This document shows, one piece after another, positions 23,321 through 38,842 of a stretch of DNA of 64,000 nt. Made by a program: the position numbers and the translations under genes. The notes beneath the pieces were generated by a model that did not search any database, was not told the origin of the DNA, and was given only the letters and a program-made list of their open reading frames with translations. Position 1 is the first letter of the stretch. Each line of letters begins with the position of its first letter. Source of the stretch: Vicugna vicugna (Eukaryota); contig MU058844.1 in NCBI GenBank assembly GCA_013265495.1, positions 13,662,184-13,726,183 on the forward strand. The letters run 5' to 3'.

Positions 23321-26128
23321 TAGTATTTCCACTCATTTGATTAGCTGTTGAGATAATTTGCCCTCCAAGATTTTACACACTTAAAACTGAATGAAGAATT
23401 GCAACTGAACTTGGACTGAGGTGAATATTCCCTAATATGCAAATCGAGCCCTCAGTCTGGCAACTGAAAAATCGTCTTGCATCTTGGGGAGTTTGTAAAT
23501 GCTTAGTTCATATTGTTCAAAATGTTAATTGGCCACTATTTATGACAGTGGGCTTATTGACCCCGCCCCTCCCCCCACAAAGGAATGGCCTGGTTATTAA
23601 TTTATTTATTTTGAAAGTCATAAGCTAATGAAACGAGAGAAATTCTGGCCAGTTAAAAAAAGGGGCAGGCATAAAGTAGTTTTTTTTAGGAAAAGGGAAG
23701 CAAAGCTCTAGACTGTCAATATTAACCTTAAATTATCTCTTTTACAAAATCAGATTGTTTAATGAGTATTGCTCAGACTAGTTTGGTACAAATAGATAAT
23801 TATAGCATTTCTGTAGTGTCCTGAGGTAAGCAGACCAAAGCGCTTAGAGTTGGAGTCCACTGGCTACCCAGACACCCCCAGGGGATTGATGTCTCAGGCA
23901 CACTTGTAATGGATTTATGGAATATCAGCGTGTGTTGGCTCAAAAGTTGAGAAAACCGAGCTTTAGATGGCCTAAGTAATAATACAGCAACATGGATTTA
24001 ACTAGTTATATTATCATTATGTGGAAATTCAGAATAGATCTTATTTGCATAATAATCATCCAGAATCAACACATTCAGAACTGACAGCAATGTGTAATCA
24101 ATCTCTGGACCAGGTGGACTGATCTTCTGTGGATATCCCAAGTGGCTCATTTGTTACAGTTCTGCTAAAACCACATCACATTTTCTGTACCTATCATTAT
24201 TTAGATATTTATGTTTAATAGAATAAGGAGTATTACCAGGATTATCCTAAAAATAAAAAAAAAGCTACTTTGTAGGGCAAAATCATGTCTCAGATAAGGC
24301 TTATTTTGATATATTCCTCGAATGGATGTTACTAACACTTAAGGCCCACTGGGTATTTTTCTTGGCATAATCCAAAGCCATGTGGATGTTAGTGGATCTC
24401 CTTTCCTTACAGACATTTTCTTAGTGTCCTTACGAGTTTAGTGTCCTAAATTCGCCATCAGGCACCTTTTACTCTGTTGTGGTAGCACTGATTTATCAGT
24501 TTTTAAAGGAAATGTTAATGTGAGTAAACTTTGAAAGTATCTGAAATTAGTACCAATTTATTTTTAAAATGTAATTGGAAACTTTAAAATGTTTTACTTC
24601 TTAAATGAACAGAAGCAGTGAAACTGTGGTTTGTATGTCCATCTTTTCTAGTTTGTTTTCCACTGTTATCAGATCTTTTACATCTATGTGACTTCTGGTT
24701 CTCATCTGCTTTCTGTTCACACAGACCTTTAAATCAATGTGCCCGAGGGTGGCTCTAACCTTTCCTCCAAAGTATAAGCCACCGCAAATGTCCACACCCA
24801 AGGAGGGCTTTCTGCATGGACTCTGTAGTCATTAATCTCACCTCTTTCTCTTGCTTCTGGTTTTACATCCATGTTCTGGCTGACGTGGATCTTTTCTGTG
24901 TGTAATTTCATGTTTTAGTCAGTGTTAGTTACTTTCTGAGTCACCTTTGGATGTAAAATACACCTTACTCTACCTGTCAGTTACACAATTTTTCTAACTT
25001 TTAAGTTGCTATGTTAATTTATTCCTAACAGAAATCATTATCAAGTGTCATGAGCTTAGAGAACACAAGGTGCAGTTATGTATTACATGATAGAGACGTT
25101 AGATGGGGCTATTTGGATGTGTAAACTATCCATCTTAAATTTCTACCAAACCAAAAAAAAAAAAAAACTCAATTCAATTATAGACTCACATTTAAATAAT
25201 GGCACCCAACTTCTCCAGGTGTCTTAGGAGTTTCTGCTTTTCAGTTCTACGATACACCTTTAGTTAGGCTTCTTTAAGTGTGTGCCAGTTTCAAGTAGAG
25301 CGCTCTCCCTAACGGCAGGAAGCCTCTGTCTGACACAACATTACCTTTCTTGATTTCTTTTATTAGCGGGATCAGTGAGGATGACAGTAATTTACATTCT
25401 AAAAATAGAACAATCTTTGACATCTTAATTTTTTAACCTCTTTTATTTACCCTTCAAAAGAAACATTTTAGTGATTATATGCGTGATACTCTAACTGGAA
25501 TTGAATAATTACAAATCTTTCAATTTTCTATGACCTAAAATGTAGTAAAAAGTACTTTTGGATGAGTTGGGAAAGCAAAAAATCATTTAACCAAACCAGT
25601 AATTAAGAAAAGTTGATCTAGCATTAGCAGTGGACTACATGCATAGAAAACATTACTATCCTTTCAGTGATAAGAGGCTTTTTTCTTTGTTTTTTGTTCA
25701 TTTAGATTTTTTAATATAGGGTTGAGACATTCAAATTCAGTTTTAGCCTCGTCTACTGTGAATAGTGTTAGACCAAACTGTGTCTGTGTCACTGCTCGTG
25801 TTCTTGGAGCAGGTTAAGATGCCTTTGCAGGGCACCTCGCAAGGGGAGGAATAGCGCAGTCTTCTCTTTATTCCAGCCCCATAAAATGCAAAGGCAGCTG
25901 GTGGACATCTCTGATGATTGGTGCCAAAATTTAAGTGCAGTACTTTTTAGGAAATAGATGTGTTTTTAGATTAAGTACTTAGAATTTAAATTTATTGATG
26001 ATGGGTGTAGTAATCTGTATTTAAGAAGGAAACTGGTAATGTCCTATTTACATTTTAGGACTCTTGTGTCAACTGTAGTATTATTCTGCTTTATGGACAC
26101 TGACATTTCCTTTATTTTCTCCTCTCAG

Positions 26129-26196
26129 GAAATCGTGGCTGCAGAGAAGAAGAAGCAGACTGTCACGGAACAAGTGATGACAGACCACTTATCCAG
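26129..26196 (+). CDS. CAPS2: CAPS2 coding exon (EIVAAEKKKQTVTEQVMTDHLSR)
   Basis: Strong acceptor, GTAAGA donor, phase 0 to 2. Confidence 0.93.
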
Positions 26197-27189
26197 GTAA
26201 GAGTGGTAACTCGTCATAGAAATCCACTCAGAGAGTATCCATTACATTTCTTTTCCATTCATGACATCCATATCCTTTGGTCAAACAGCAAGTGGTCAGC
26301 TCAGAGGTTTCCAGGCTTTCCCTTTTCACTGCACTTGTAGTGTTCTAGTAATTTTTTCGCAAGACTCATAGGCCAATAGAAATACCCAACAGTTCAAGTA
26401 TTATTAAGAACTTTTGTCTAAACAACTTAGTAAATATTTACTTCCTAACAACTTAATGATCATCTGAAAAAAATAATGCACAGAAACTGAAAGAAAAACT
26501 ATTTTTATTTCATTCTGAAATAGCCACAGTTGCTTACTTCTTGGATGCTGCACAAACTCTCAAACCTAAGAATTCTTTAGGATGCTCCCACCCTCACTTT
26601 CTATTCCCTATGGCATTTGCTTCTTGTCACAGTAACTGTAGAAAAGCCAGCTTTGTGAAGATACGAAATCATGGAAGGTGTGTAGCTTGAACCTTGTTGA
26701 AACTGTGAATTACATTGAGCTAGTAGTTTTTGTGGTATCCAACAAATACGAAGTATCACTGTTTCCCTCAAAAATTAAAAATATCTCAGAGTGTCCCCGT
26801 AAGTTCCCTGTGACACCCCAGTGTGACTTAGTGCACAGTTTGGGAACTGTGGGACTAACTGTCAGGAATTTTAAAACCTAACATAAAGCTTCACAACCTT
26901 CAGAAAACTATACAGAGTTTTAATAACTGCTGTGCAAAACTGCATGACTATGTAAATATTGTAGATTTCAAAAGAGGCTGGAACCATCTAGGAAGTCTTC
27001 AAAAACTAAATAAGACTCAAGTTTAGCTTTGAAAAAAATAATTGTTATGTGGCCGAGAAAATGATAGTCTACGTGCGTGTTTTAATTCTTTGAAACAATT
27101 AATTTTACTCACAGTCTTCATTGTATCTCCTTCCCTTATCTTGTGGACTCTGTTTATGTTTGCACACCCCAAATGCTACCACAATGTCT

Positions 27190-28700
27190 CTTCGTAAGAT
27201 AACAAGTGACATCCGTATTGCTGGATGATTGCTGGTGATTCCTTAGTTCTCATTTACTTGACCCATCAGCAGCGTCTGCCTGGGTTGAAATCTTTCTTCT
27301 CTTTGAAACACTTTCCTCTTCTCCACTTGGCTTCTGGCGTACCACACTTGGCTGTTTTTTCCTCCTACCTTCTATTCCCCAGTCTCCTCTCCTGGTTCCT
27401 CTGCATCTCTGCAGTCTTTACACATGGGAATACACAAGAGCTCAATTCTTGGGACTTCTACATTTAGTTCCTAAGTGATCTCATCCAGTATCATGTCTTT
27501 AAAAACCATCTACACGCAGATGCATCCCTAATCCACGATTCCAGTGTAACATTCTCCAAACTGGGTTCCTGAAGGTTGTCTCCCTTTCCTCCCCTCCTGA
27601 TGAAATCCTCTTTAATTTTCCTCCATGGCAACTCGGTTCTTCAAGTTATTTAGGCCTACAAATCTTAGTGATGCCTTTAATCCCTCTCTTTCACTCAAAT
27701 CCTGTATCCAGTTTGTCAGCAAACACTCTCAGGTCTACCGCCAAGATACATTTGCTCCCTCTGCTGCCATCATCTCTGTCATCTTCTGTCTCCTGGATTA
27801 TTTCAGTCACTTTCTATCTGGACTCATTGTATCTGCATTTGCCGCTAAGTGGTCTGTTCTCAACCCAGCAACCAGAAGGAGTCATTAAAGGACAAGCCAG
27901 ATCAAACCCTTGTAACTTCCCATCTCAATCAGAGTAAAACCTTTAAGACCTATATTACTGGTTATATGTCATCATAGAACCTGGTGGCTTAAAACAGCAG
28001 CCATTAATTACAGCACATGTATCTTCAGGTCAGCTGTCCAGGCTAGGACTGGATGAGTGGTTCTTATGTTTCACTTACTTTGGCCAGTTATGTATGAGCA
28101 AGAGCAGTGAGCTTGGTCCTGAGCTTAAGCGTTCAGAAACCTCATGTGTTTTATCCATTTGCCTTTTTTGTGCTTCTACCATCTTTGTGAGAAGAACGCA
28201 GCTTGGTCAACCCACTGGTCTCAAGAAGAAAGTGCTTCTACAAAAGCAGCTGGGCACTTAGCCAGGATTATCCTAGACGAGCAGATCCCCAGCCAGCCCA
28301 CACTTGCATGAGTTAGTCCAATCGAGATCAGCAGAGCCACCCAGCTACATATAACTTGCCAAAGCAAGTTAAATAGCTAAGCTTAAAGCCCAAGGTGAGA
28401 AATTACACTATACTTGTAATGAGGCTGCGGCAAGGATGTGGATCAGGAGTGCTGAAAAGTTAGGGTCAATAATATGTTCTACCCACCAGTAGACGCTGGA
28501 CCCCCTTTCCTCCTCTCCTTCTCGTTTACTTTGCTCCACCATCCGGCTTCCTCCCTGTTCTGAAACATACCAGGTTCCCTCCTGTGTTAGGAGATAAATA
28601 CTTTGCATTTATCTTCCCCTCTGCTTGGAATGCTTTCCCCCCAGAAATCCATATGGCTGCTTACTTACTTTGCCTCCTGTCCTTATCCAAAAGTCACCAG
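27190..28700 (+). mobile_element. LINE-2 fragments with an intervening MaLR LTR-like segment (~27950-28400)
   Basis: L2 motifs 'cttgacccatcagcagc', 'ctgcttggaatgctttccccc'; 'gtggcttaaaacagcagccatt' is LTR-like. Confidence 0.55.
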
Positions 28701-28963
28701 CACAATGTCTGTATTTAAAGAGTAGTAAGAGAAAGACATGAAGCTCTGAGCTCTCTCAAAAATTTCAATTTATTTTTAGATAGCACTTATGGAAAAGGAG
28801 ATAGACAATATTCACTTTCTCATGGCCAGTGATTTTTAATTATTAAGTTTATTCATTCAATATCTGACAAATACATAATTCTGTCAGTAGTGTAAGCTGG
28901 CATTTGTACATGAGCTTTTCCAACTGCTTATACATATGTGAATGCTGGAGCAATTCATTGTAA

Positions 28964-29116
<153 letters not shown>

Positions 29117-29729
29117 TAAGAAAATTTTGCTTAAATGAGGTTTCATTTAAATAGAAATAATTTATTTTTAAATGTACTTTTGTGTCTATTGGAAAAGTTT
29201 TCTTTCACGGTTTCGCTTTTTTCTGTATAAAGGGAAATGTAATTTTGGGAGTTCAGATCCCGAGTCTGCCACTTTAAGATATTGGAGTAAACTTTGCCCT
29301 CCAGATCTTCTATTTATAACTTAGGAATGACAGCCAAAACTCTAGGCAATAATATATGTGAAAATACATAATATAGTAGTTGAGACATTTGTATGTGCAC
29401 AACTGATATTGGCTGAGTTTTGCTGACATAATATATTCAATATTAGCATTGTTTAAAAGTTATTATTTTTTGCATTTTACTTTGTACCTTATAAAATCTT
29501 TGGTTTGTTATGAACCTGTGCAGTCCACTGGTGTAGTCCACTGAAATTTCCCAACGATTTCACAGATGGTTGATCTGTGAGATCAACCACACCAGCTTCT
29601 GCAGCATTCTTGCCTACTTTCAGATGGCTGCAATTGTGAGACAGTGCTTTCTTGTAACTTTAATTTTTTTGTCTTACTCTTATATTCTGGAAGCCTTCGT
29701 TTCCATCCCTTTTCAGTATTTGATGGTGT

Positions 29730-30385
29730 CGTGTATTAATTTCCTATTGCTGCTGTAACAGATTACCACAAACGGCATTTTAATGTTTATTTATTTAAGT
29801 TTTTCTGGGGGGAAGTCAATTAGGTTTATTTATTTATTCTCAGAGGAGGTACTGGGGATTAGAACCCAGGAACTCATGCATGCTAAGCATGCGCTCTACC
29901 ACGTGAGCTATACCCTCCCCCACCACAAACGGTATTTTAAAACAACACAGATTTATTCTCTTAGAGTTCGGAGGTCAGGTGCCTAAAATCAAGGTGTTGA
30001 GAGGGTCGTGGTCCTTCTGGAGGCCCAAGGGAAGAATGTGTTTCTTTGCCTTTTTCAGTTTCTAGAGGCTGCCTGTAGTCCTTGGCTCATAACCCCTTCT
30101 TCCATCTTCAGAGCCCGCAGTGGCTGGTCAAGTCTTTCTCATGTTGTATCGCTTTCATACTCCTCTCCTGTGGTCACATATCCCCCTCTGCTTTCCTTAT
30201 ATAAAGACGCTTGTGATTGCACTGAACCTATCTGAATAATCCTGGTTAATCGCCTCCTCTCCAGATCCTTAACTTCATCATATTTGCCAAGTCCCTCTTA
30301 TGATACCATGTAAGTTAACTAATTACTTGCTCTGAGAATTAGGATATGAATATCTTTGTGGGGCTATCATTGAGCTACCATCTGT
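29730..30385. mobile_element. MaLR (MLT1-like) LTR
   Basis: 'tgtattaatttcctattgctgctgtaacagattaccacaaac...cagtttctagaggctgcctg...agatccttaacttcatcat'. Confidence 0.8.
29784..29921 (-). mobile_element. tRNA-derived SINE (Vic-1-like) nested in the LTR
   Basis: Family consensus; 19-bp TSD accacaaacgg(c/t)attttaa at 29765-29783 and 29922-29940. Confidence 0.92.
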
Positions 30386-30399
30386 CTAAACTTCTCTTT

Positions 30400-31530
30400 C
30401 TTAAAGTAAAATTTTAAAGAAATAAAACTTCATTCACAAAGCATGCACTTAAATTTTAAGTGCACAGGACAGGAATTTTTACAAACTGGACAATACTCAT
30501 TTATCAAGTTCCCAGACCAAGAAATAGAACATTACCCCGGAACCACCCCCCACCCCTGTGCCACCTCCCAGTTACTATCCACTTCCTCTGTGGTACCAAG
30601 TTAACTTCTTTACCCTGATATCATAGATTATAACTGCCTGGTTGTAAACTTAAATGAAATCACAAAATTTGGACTCTGTGTCTGGCTCCTGCGGCTCAAC
30701 ATTATATTTGTGAGTTTTATCTGTGTTGTTATTTGTCGTTGTCCTTTACTCTCATTGCTGTACAGTTTTTTATGGTGTAAATATAGCACAGTCTATTTAT
30801 TCACAGCTGCTGGTGGACATTTGGCTGTTCAGGAAAAGTGCTGCCGTGAACTTTCGTGCACGCCTTTTGGTGAACATATGTACTCATTTCTGCTCAGTAC
30901 ACGCTTCGGAGTGGAATCGCTGGCCCGTTTAGTGTGCATATGTTCGGCTTTAAAAAAAATATTGCCAAGTAGTTTTCCAAAGTGGTTGCTGCAGTGAAAA
31001 CTCAGTGAGCAGTAAGAGGATGCTAGTGGCACCATGCCTTTGCCAGTGGTGGGAATTACATTTTCCATTTCAGTTCTTAAGTGGTCAGCTTTTCATTCTC
31101 TTGATCATTGTCTTTTGATGAACAAGAGTTCCTAGGTGTAATGTAGACCAGTTGACCAATCTCTCCACTTATTGTTAGTGTCCTTTTGTATTTTTTTTTA
31201 CGAAATCTCTCCCTACCACCAGCTCATTGTCCCTCTGACTTGCAATGCCGCGTGTATCATATATGAAGCTGTTATAATGTGTGTTTGGTTTCTAGGCTTT
31301 TTTTTTCAGTCTTATCCACCTGTTACACATTTCTGCACCAACACTACCCTGTCTTAATTAGTATTGTTATATGTCAGAGTAAATACTTAAAGCTGCTTTA
31401 GCTTTAATATTGTTTTGGTGTGCTTGGCCCTTTCCTCTTCAATATTAATTTTAGATTTAGCTAGTCTAGCTCTAGGAAAACTCCTATGGGGCTATTGGTT
31501 AGAATTATTAAATTTATGGACTTCACTCCC
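30400..31530 (-). mobile_element. Old L1ME-like fragment
   Basis: 'ccagaccaagaaatagaacattacc', 'gttttccaaagtggttg' antisense L1 3' motifs. Confidence 0.6.
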
Positions 31531-33414
31531 CTTATATGTTGTTCGCAGAGGAGGAGGAGACAGTTCTGCGTCACAGAGAAGCAGGATGGGCATGTGCAGT
31601 GCAGCCCTTCCTCTCCTCTTTTTCATGGGAGCCAGCTGTCCGCAGAGACCCACATTCTGAACTGTGCGCTAAGTTTTACAGGGTCCCTCCCAAATGGAAA
31701 TGAGTGGGTTAGTCTGTGTAATCCTGAGCATTAAGGACTTAGCTTGTTGTTGCTGCATTTCTAAGCCATGGTTTCCAACAGCTTTATCAATACTAAAATT
31801 CATGTGTGGGTCTTCATCTGCCTGATGCTTATTTCTCTGTTGGTTAAGAACTTGGAGAAGTGTTGGTCTACTTATTGGATACCTAAAACCCCAACACAGA
31901 ACGTTCCATTGTATAATAAAAACGCCTATTTAATTCTTGTATCTTTTCAAGAAGACTCTAGACTCCTTGAAGCTATTACTTTAACCTATCGCTGTTAAAC
32001 TGCGTTCTGTTTACCTTGGAGAAGCAATATAATGTAACGATTATGAGCAGTTTTGTTTTGTTTTTTGGCTCTGCCACGTGCTCACTGTAGAATGGTGATA
32101 ATAGTACTTCCTTCACAGAGTTATTGCAAGCACTAAATGAACCAATACACATTAAAATGATTTCAACACAGACTTGTGTCTAGGAAGCTCTTTATCAACA
32201 GTGGCTGTTTTTATTGCTTGTATTTTCTCAGCCTTCCGAATTGTTTCAGGCACATGTTAGGCATTCGATAAACACATTAATTCTAATGGATTAAACTGAA
32301 TTGAGATGATCAAGCTTTCATGGCTCCACTCCGTTCACAAACGCTCACTTGGTTTACAGGCTCTTGTTTGCTGTATCCTGCTTACCTTTCACAGAGACCT
32401 AGGTTTTATAGAGGGATAACGTGTCAAGATCTCAGTGACCTATACACTTACTGTTTACATCACGGCAGTTTCATTATACCTGCAGTTTTATGGGAATATC
32501 GTAAATTACTTAGGAAAAGAAGTGAAGAGACATCACTGAATCTTCAGATCTCTTAATGTTAGAGGAGATTATTGGTGGTTGAGTGTCAAAGTGTTTATCA
32601 GCGGGCTTTGCTTCATATTGTTAAATAGAATTTTAGGTCTGGCAGTCTTTGTGAGATCATTCCATGCTGTCTGAAGGCCACAAACATTAGATAAGTGATC
32701 TGCAGTCTCACAGCTGGAACTGTGGCCAAGACTGGAACCTCATCCAGCTCTCTTTTTCTCTACTCTATTTTGCCAGAGAATGTTTTCAGCTACTCATAAC
32801 TGAAAACCTGAGTGACAGTGGCTTAAACAAGCCAGGATTTAGTTTCCTTACATGACCAGATGCTTGGAGGTAGGCAGTGGCTCAGTGAGACGCAGCTCTG
32901 GGCTGGCTTCCTTGAGCTCTCATCGGCCTCTCTGACACGGTTGCCTGATGTCTACGGTGGATCCTAGCGTCATACCCCTGCCACGTTCACAGGCAGGAAC
33001 CCTTCCCATGCCACTGTCTTCTCAGGACAAAAGAAAGTCTCTCCTGAAAGTTTACTTGTGGAACTTAGTCACCTCTAATTGCAGGAGGCTAAGACAGCAG
33101 ACTGAGAGGCAAAGGAGGAGAGGGTTAGATCCGGCCGTCAGGTAGCCCAGCAGCAGTGCCAGGCACAAATGTGCCACCTCTGTTCAGTGCTGAATTTAGT
33201 AGCACTTTGATGCAGTAAGTCCTAACATAAAAGTCATTCATGTATTATATACTATAGCTCAGGGTCGTTTCTGTGTCTGCCACAGTTAACAACCTGGAAA
33301 AGTAAAAAAGAGGCTTATCTCTTCATCTTTATCCAGTCTGTGCATTTCAGAATATTAACCTAACCTTTTTTGTGCTTTTATTATTTACGTCAAATATAGA
33401 TAACTTTGAAGTAA

Positions 33415-33516
<102 letters not shown>

Positions 33517-34361
33517 TAATTATGACTTTACTAACTTTTTTAATCCTATGATTATAAAAAGATTTTTCTTTTCAAATAGAAATAACAGTAATAAATTAGT
33601 TGATTTTATCACATTTAAGTGAAAACCAAATTTAGCACAAACATTTTTAGGTTATATATTAATCTGTTACAAAAACTACAGGAAGTATAATCAAAAAGAA
33701 AAATATTTTAATTAGAAGTTATTTGAAATGTGATTTTAAAATGCCCTTCAAAAAGAAACTTAGAAGTGATTTTTAAAATATTTATATTACTATGAGATTC
33801 TAAACCATTTAAAAATTGACCCGTATGTAAGCTGCTTTATTTAATTTCATTTTAATGGCTTAAATTAACAATAAATTATTAATAGATGTGGTAAAGGTGA
33901 CAAAGAAGATGATTCTTAAATCTGTTTTCTCAGTCTTATAAAATTTCAGTAATGCCTAATGCTACTTGATGTCCTTGTATATTAAAGGTAAAGTACATTT
34001 TTAAAAAATTATTATTTTGCTCAGTGATTTTAAACTTTCTGTGACAAAAGGTAATAAATGTATATCTATCTTTGAGTGGCTTCTTGCAAAATTAACATTT
34101 CTTTTAAGGTCTTTCACTTTATCTTAAAAGTCTATGCCAAATTCATAATCTACAATGTAATACATACGTATTCATACCAGTGTAGGCTAAAGCCTTTTCT
34201 CTCCATCCAAATCTTAAATTGACACTTCAGCAAGCTGTGTCATGTTTTCCCTGTGGCTTTTCATAACCCGTGCCCATTGCCACACGTTTGAGCAAGTCAG
34301 ACTATCCCTCTTTGATGAACACAATTCGTGAATTACTGAATATGAAAGTTATCCTATTTGA

Positions 34362-34719
<358 letters not shown>

Positions 34720-36275
34720 TGAGGGATCCTGTGTGGCCGGAGGAGCAGGGTTTCTAGTCTTCAATTTATTTTCTCTCCTCTTTCCTGAGCAGAGGCCTTT
34801 GTGAGAGTGGCCCATGGCTGAGGTTTGTCCCCAGGAGGTTCTGCCTTTCAGGCCCAGATCCCAGTTTCTGAATCTAAGCATAGCATTTATTCCCTGTAAC
34901 ACTTCCCCACCATCCCCAATTCTGCAGTGTAGCCCAGGAGAGCTTGTCTCTTGGTGCTTTTAAAGGTCCTGCAAGGCTGTAGCCCTGGGTAAATGGCCGT
35001 TTTAGTAGTACTAGAACGGATTCTCCACTTAATGCAGGCTTATCTTCTGAGGACACACGTTTTCTCTATCCCGAGGGGCACTTGGCTTCTGGAGCTGTCA
35101 TATATCTCTTAGTTAGCTTATCTTCCTTGTGATTCCCCTGCCTGGCACAAGTCCTGGCATACGGCGTATCAAACGGCTTCCCTTAGCATGGGTTGATCGT
35201 AGGTAATGTTAGAATTTGTATAGTGCTCTTAAGTTTTAAATTGTTATATTCATGTTATGTCATGATTAAAATGTAGCACTGTCCACAGCGATCACTCATG
35301 TAACAAATATATACCTCATAGACTAAGCATTGGAAATGGAGCTGTGAATAATTTAAAAGCATTCCCTACTTTTGTGGGAATTGCAGTCGATGGGAAACAG
35401 AGAGGAGGGCCAGATAAAAGGAGGGCAAAGACCCAGTTTTGTGGAGTCAAAGGAGGCTTCATGGAGAAAGTGCCATCTAACCTTGACCTAAGGAGGCAGG
35501 GATAGGTAGATAGAAGAGGGTAGGGAAAGGCTTCCAGGTGGAGGAGACAGCTCGTGCAAAGAGCAAAAGCATGAGAGAGCACGGCTTTTCTGAGAACTGA
35601 AAATGGTTCAGTCTTGTTGAAGTCTACTTCAAGGTGGGGGATTGGCAAGAGACAAATTAGAACTTATTACAAGCGGTCTGTTTCTAAAGACTTACCTAAA
35701 ATGTTCTGGGGAGTCATTGAGAGGTAAGAGGTGGATGAATGAAGGGAGGTGGCATTATCAAGTTCGTGATTTCAAAAGATTTCGCTGGTTGCAGCGTGGG
35801 TAATGGATTGAAGACTAGCACAAAGGACCAGATTGGATTCAATCACATTCATCTTCTAGAAAGGTGGTTATGGCAACCTGAATTAGGTGAGTGACTGTGG
35901 CTATGAAGCTAATTAGAAGAAAAAAAAACCCCAAAACTTCAGGCAGTGGAATCAATAAGATCTCCGGAGTGACCGCTTGGGTGAGGAGTTGGGGGTGAGG
36001 AAAAACTTCACATCTGAAGTGTGGATTTAATACACTATCTATTACGCTATATATAAAAGTATATATGTCCCTCAAGCCTGCCTCTTGAGATCTAGAGAAA
36101 GTCAGCTCCAACTCACATTTCACAGCCTACAGAAAGAATGGTTTATGCCTGTCCCAGGCAGATTAAAGTTACCTCTAGCTCGGAGCTGCTGTCTCTAATA
36201 ATTTACGATTTACTCTCACTGTCCCTGTTCCATATTACTTGAACCACATGTGGAACTCTGCTCCCCTTTATCACC

Positions 36276-36277
<2 letters not shown>

Positions 36278-36330
<53 letters not shown>
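36278..36330. repeat. (GA)n microsatellite
   Basis: About 26 perfect units. Confidence 0.97.
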
Positions 36331-36333
<3 letters not shown>

Positions 36334-37656
36334 CCACACACAAACCATATATATGATACCTCGGGGATGTGGCAGACATTGTGAAGAGGTATGGAGGGGG
36401 ATTTATATGGCAGCAGAGTAAGCAACTTACAGTTTATTATTAGACATCCTTATCCTTAAAAATATGTCCTTTGAATATTTCCCATGGTGAAGGCCCTCCT
36501 TTCAATTTTCTGACTCCTTTCACCTCTTGCTCCTCCCCACAATCTTCTATTTCTTCATACATAAATATTCAACCTTATCCTTTTTTTGTGGGGGGGGTGG
36601 GGTGAGTCTCTTTTGCCTTCCAGATGTTACTCTGGAACTTATATTTTTGTTTCTATATGCCCTATGGAAGTCTTTTTTTCCTAAATACTCCCTAAAATAA
36701 ATTTTAGTGCCAGCTGTTAAGATAATACTTATAGAAACATGCACTTATGCTCATAGACACATGCATATAAAACTGCACCCTCGTTTGTTCACTCATACAC
36801 ATACATATATGGCTTTGGATGCAATGACACAGACCCCACAGATGTACTGTTATGTACACATGTATGTATACACACATATGCTTATATGCGTAACACTGCT
36901 ACACATATCACCATCTCTTTAAGTATTTAATATAATAATTTGAGAGATTTTATATACATTTCAAGGGCTGGAGAAAGTACTTATAAGTTTTCTAAAGTAA
37001 ATTCTCCAGGAAAAACAAGAGGAGAGAGATCCCTTCCCTAATCTTCAAGAGAGGTAATTAAGCCTCTTATTTTAAATTTGTGTTTGTCCATACTTGACCA
37101 CATTTCTTTGAGCAACTCAGAAGTTAAAAGAATAACAATTTTCTAAGTTTGGATTAGGGATTTTTGATAGGAACTTTTTCACCAAAGCCTTGATACTCTG
37201 ATTGTGTTAAAGTTAGCTTTACATTCGTGTGCTGTTTGTCATCAAAGGACCGAGTGAAAGAGGGAGATGAATTTATCATAGTTCATAAATTTGCAGCGCA
37301 TCTTTCTATGGATCAACAGCTCTATTTCTGTATTCAGAAGTGCTATCATTTCAGTTGAAATAACTTGTTCTTTCTTCCTCTGATTCTTATAAAAAATTAG
37401 GTTTTTGTTTTTTCCCGTGAATTGTTAAATCTAAGATTGTTCTCATTGAGAGATTGATTGGGAAATTAGTTCTGTTATTTTCCTATATGTTGTTAGCTGA
37501 AGCCTTTGTGGTTTCTAAATAGTCTCTAAATATACTTTTTTACACTAATAAAAAATATACCACATCCGATATAATCAAAATTGAATATTTAAAATTAGTT
37601 GTGTTTTACTTCTTATACACTTTCTAGCTTTCAATAATTCATTTGTTTTTCTCTAG

Positions 37657-37776
<120 letters not shown>

Positions 37777-38768
37777 TAAGTCAAACATGCGTTTGTCATT
37801 TTGGAGGTAAGTGAAAACACTAGTTTTTGTTATAGTAAAATGAGATTCTACGCCAAAGCATTTTGATTTTAGTTACAACTTGTATTTTTAAAAAACAAAG
37901 CATAGCTATGTATGTCTACTTTACATGCTGTGTCTTGTATTCAAATACACGTCTTGTGTGGGAACAGTTACAATTGGTAAAGATAAAAATGTCCCATTTA
38001 AGTTAGTTAAAGGTAATTTATTAATTTGCCTGTGCTATAACACTTCATTTTATCTAATGCTACCAAAGTAATACATTTTAAAAGATGGGATACACTACAC
38101 TAAATTTTTCCCACAGTTTTAGTGTGATGCTTTTTTTAAGCACGAAAAAAATGCCTTGGGTCCCCATGTGCATAATATTCGTTGATTGATAATATATATA
38201 ATGAAAAAATGATGCTATGGATCAATAGCTTTTGAGTGCATTTGAGTTTTTTTAATCACAGAAAATGTATATGATATCCTTGCTGAATGTTTTTTGGTGC
38301 TAACTATAATCAGGGTGACAATAATTGGTGTACAATCTGTGCATTAGAGACCATATCCCATAAATTGGCTCTGAGGAAGTCTGTGTTTCTTTGTCATTTA
38401 CTGTATTGTTCAGTGTGAATGCAATATATTTTTTTTTTTGCTTTTTAAAATAACATTTTAACATTTTACACATTTAAATGTAAAACTGCCTTTAAATTTA
38501 ATAGTGTTAATTAAGTATTTTGAAAGAACATTGAAATAGCTGCAAAACTGATGTATAATGTTTGAGGGAGTTCTTAGGCGGTTTAAAGATTTTCACTCTT
38601 GATTTTGCATATTTAATTACCCCAGGGATTAAAGCAGCAAGTAAGGGTGGGAGTTGATTAATCTCTAAGCACTCTTCTGATGCTGTTTGAGCAGAGAAGA
38701 GCTTGGGGTTGCCATACCTAAGATTGCAAAGCAATATATTTTTATCACTGTGAAAATGTCAGTTGCAG

Positions 38769-38842
38769 AACTGATTCTGTGGAACACGATGATATAACCA
38801 ACCAAGAAGCCAACGATAGGCTGGTTTTCAAGGCCATTCAAG
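38769..38842 (+). CDS. CAPS2: CAPS2 coding exon (TDSVEHDDITNQEANDRLVFKAIQ)
   Basis: CAG (weak pyrimidine tract)/GTATGT, phase 2 to 1. Confidence 0.88.

Noticed and set aside
36216..36425. ER-repeat and LS-repeat ORFs
   Set aside because: Translations of the (GA)n microsatellite.
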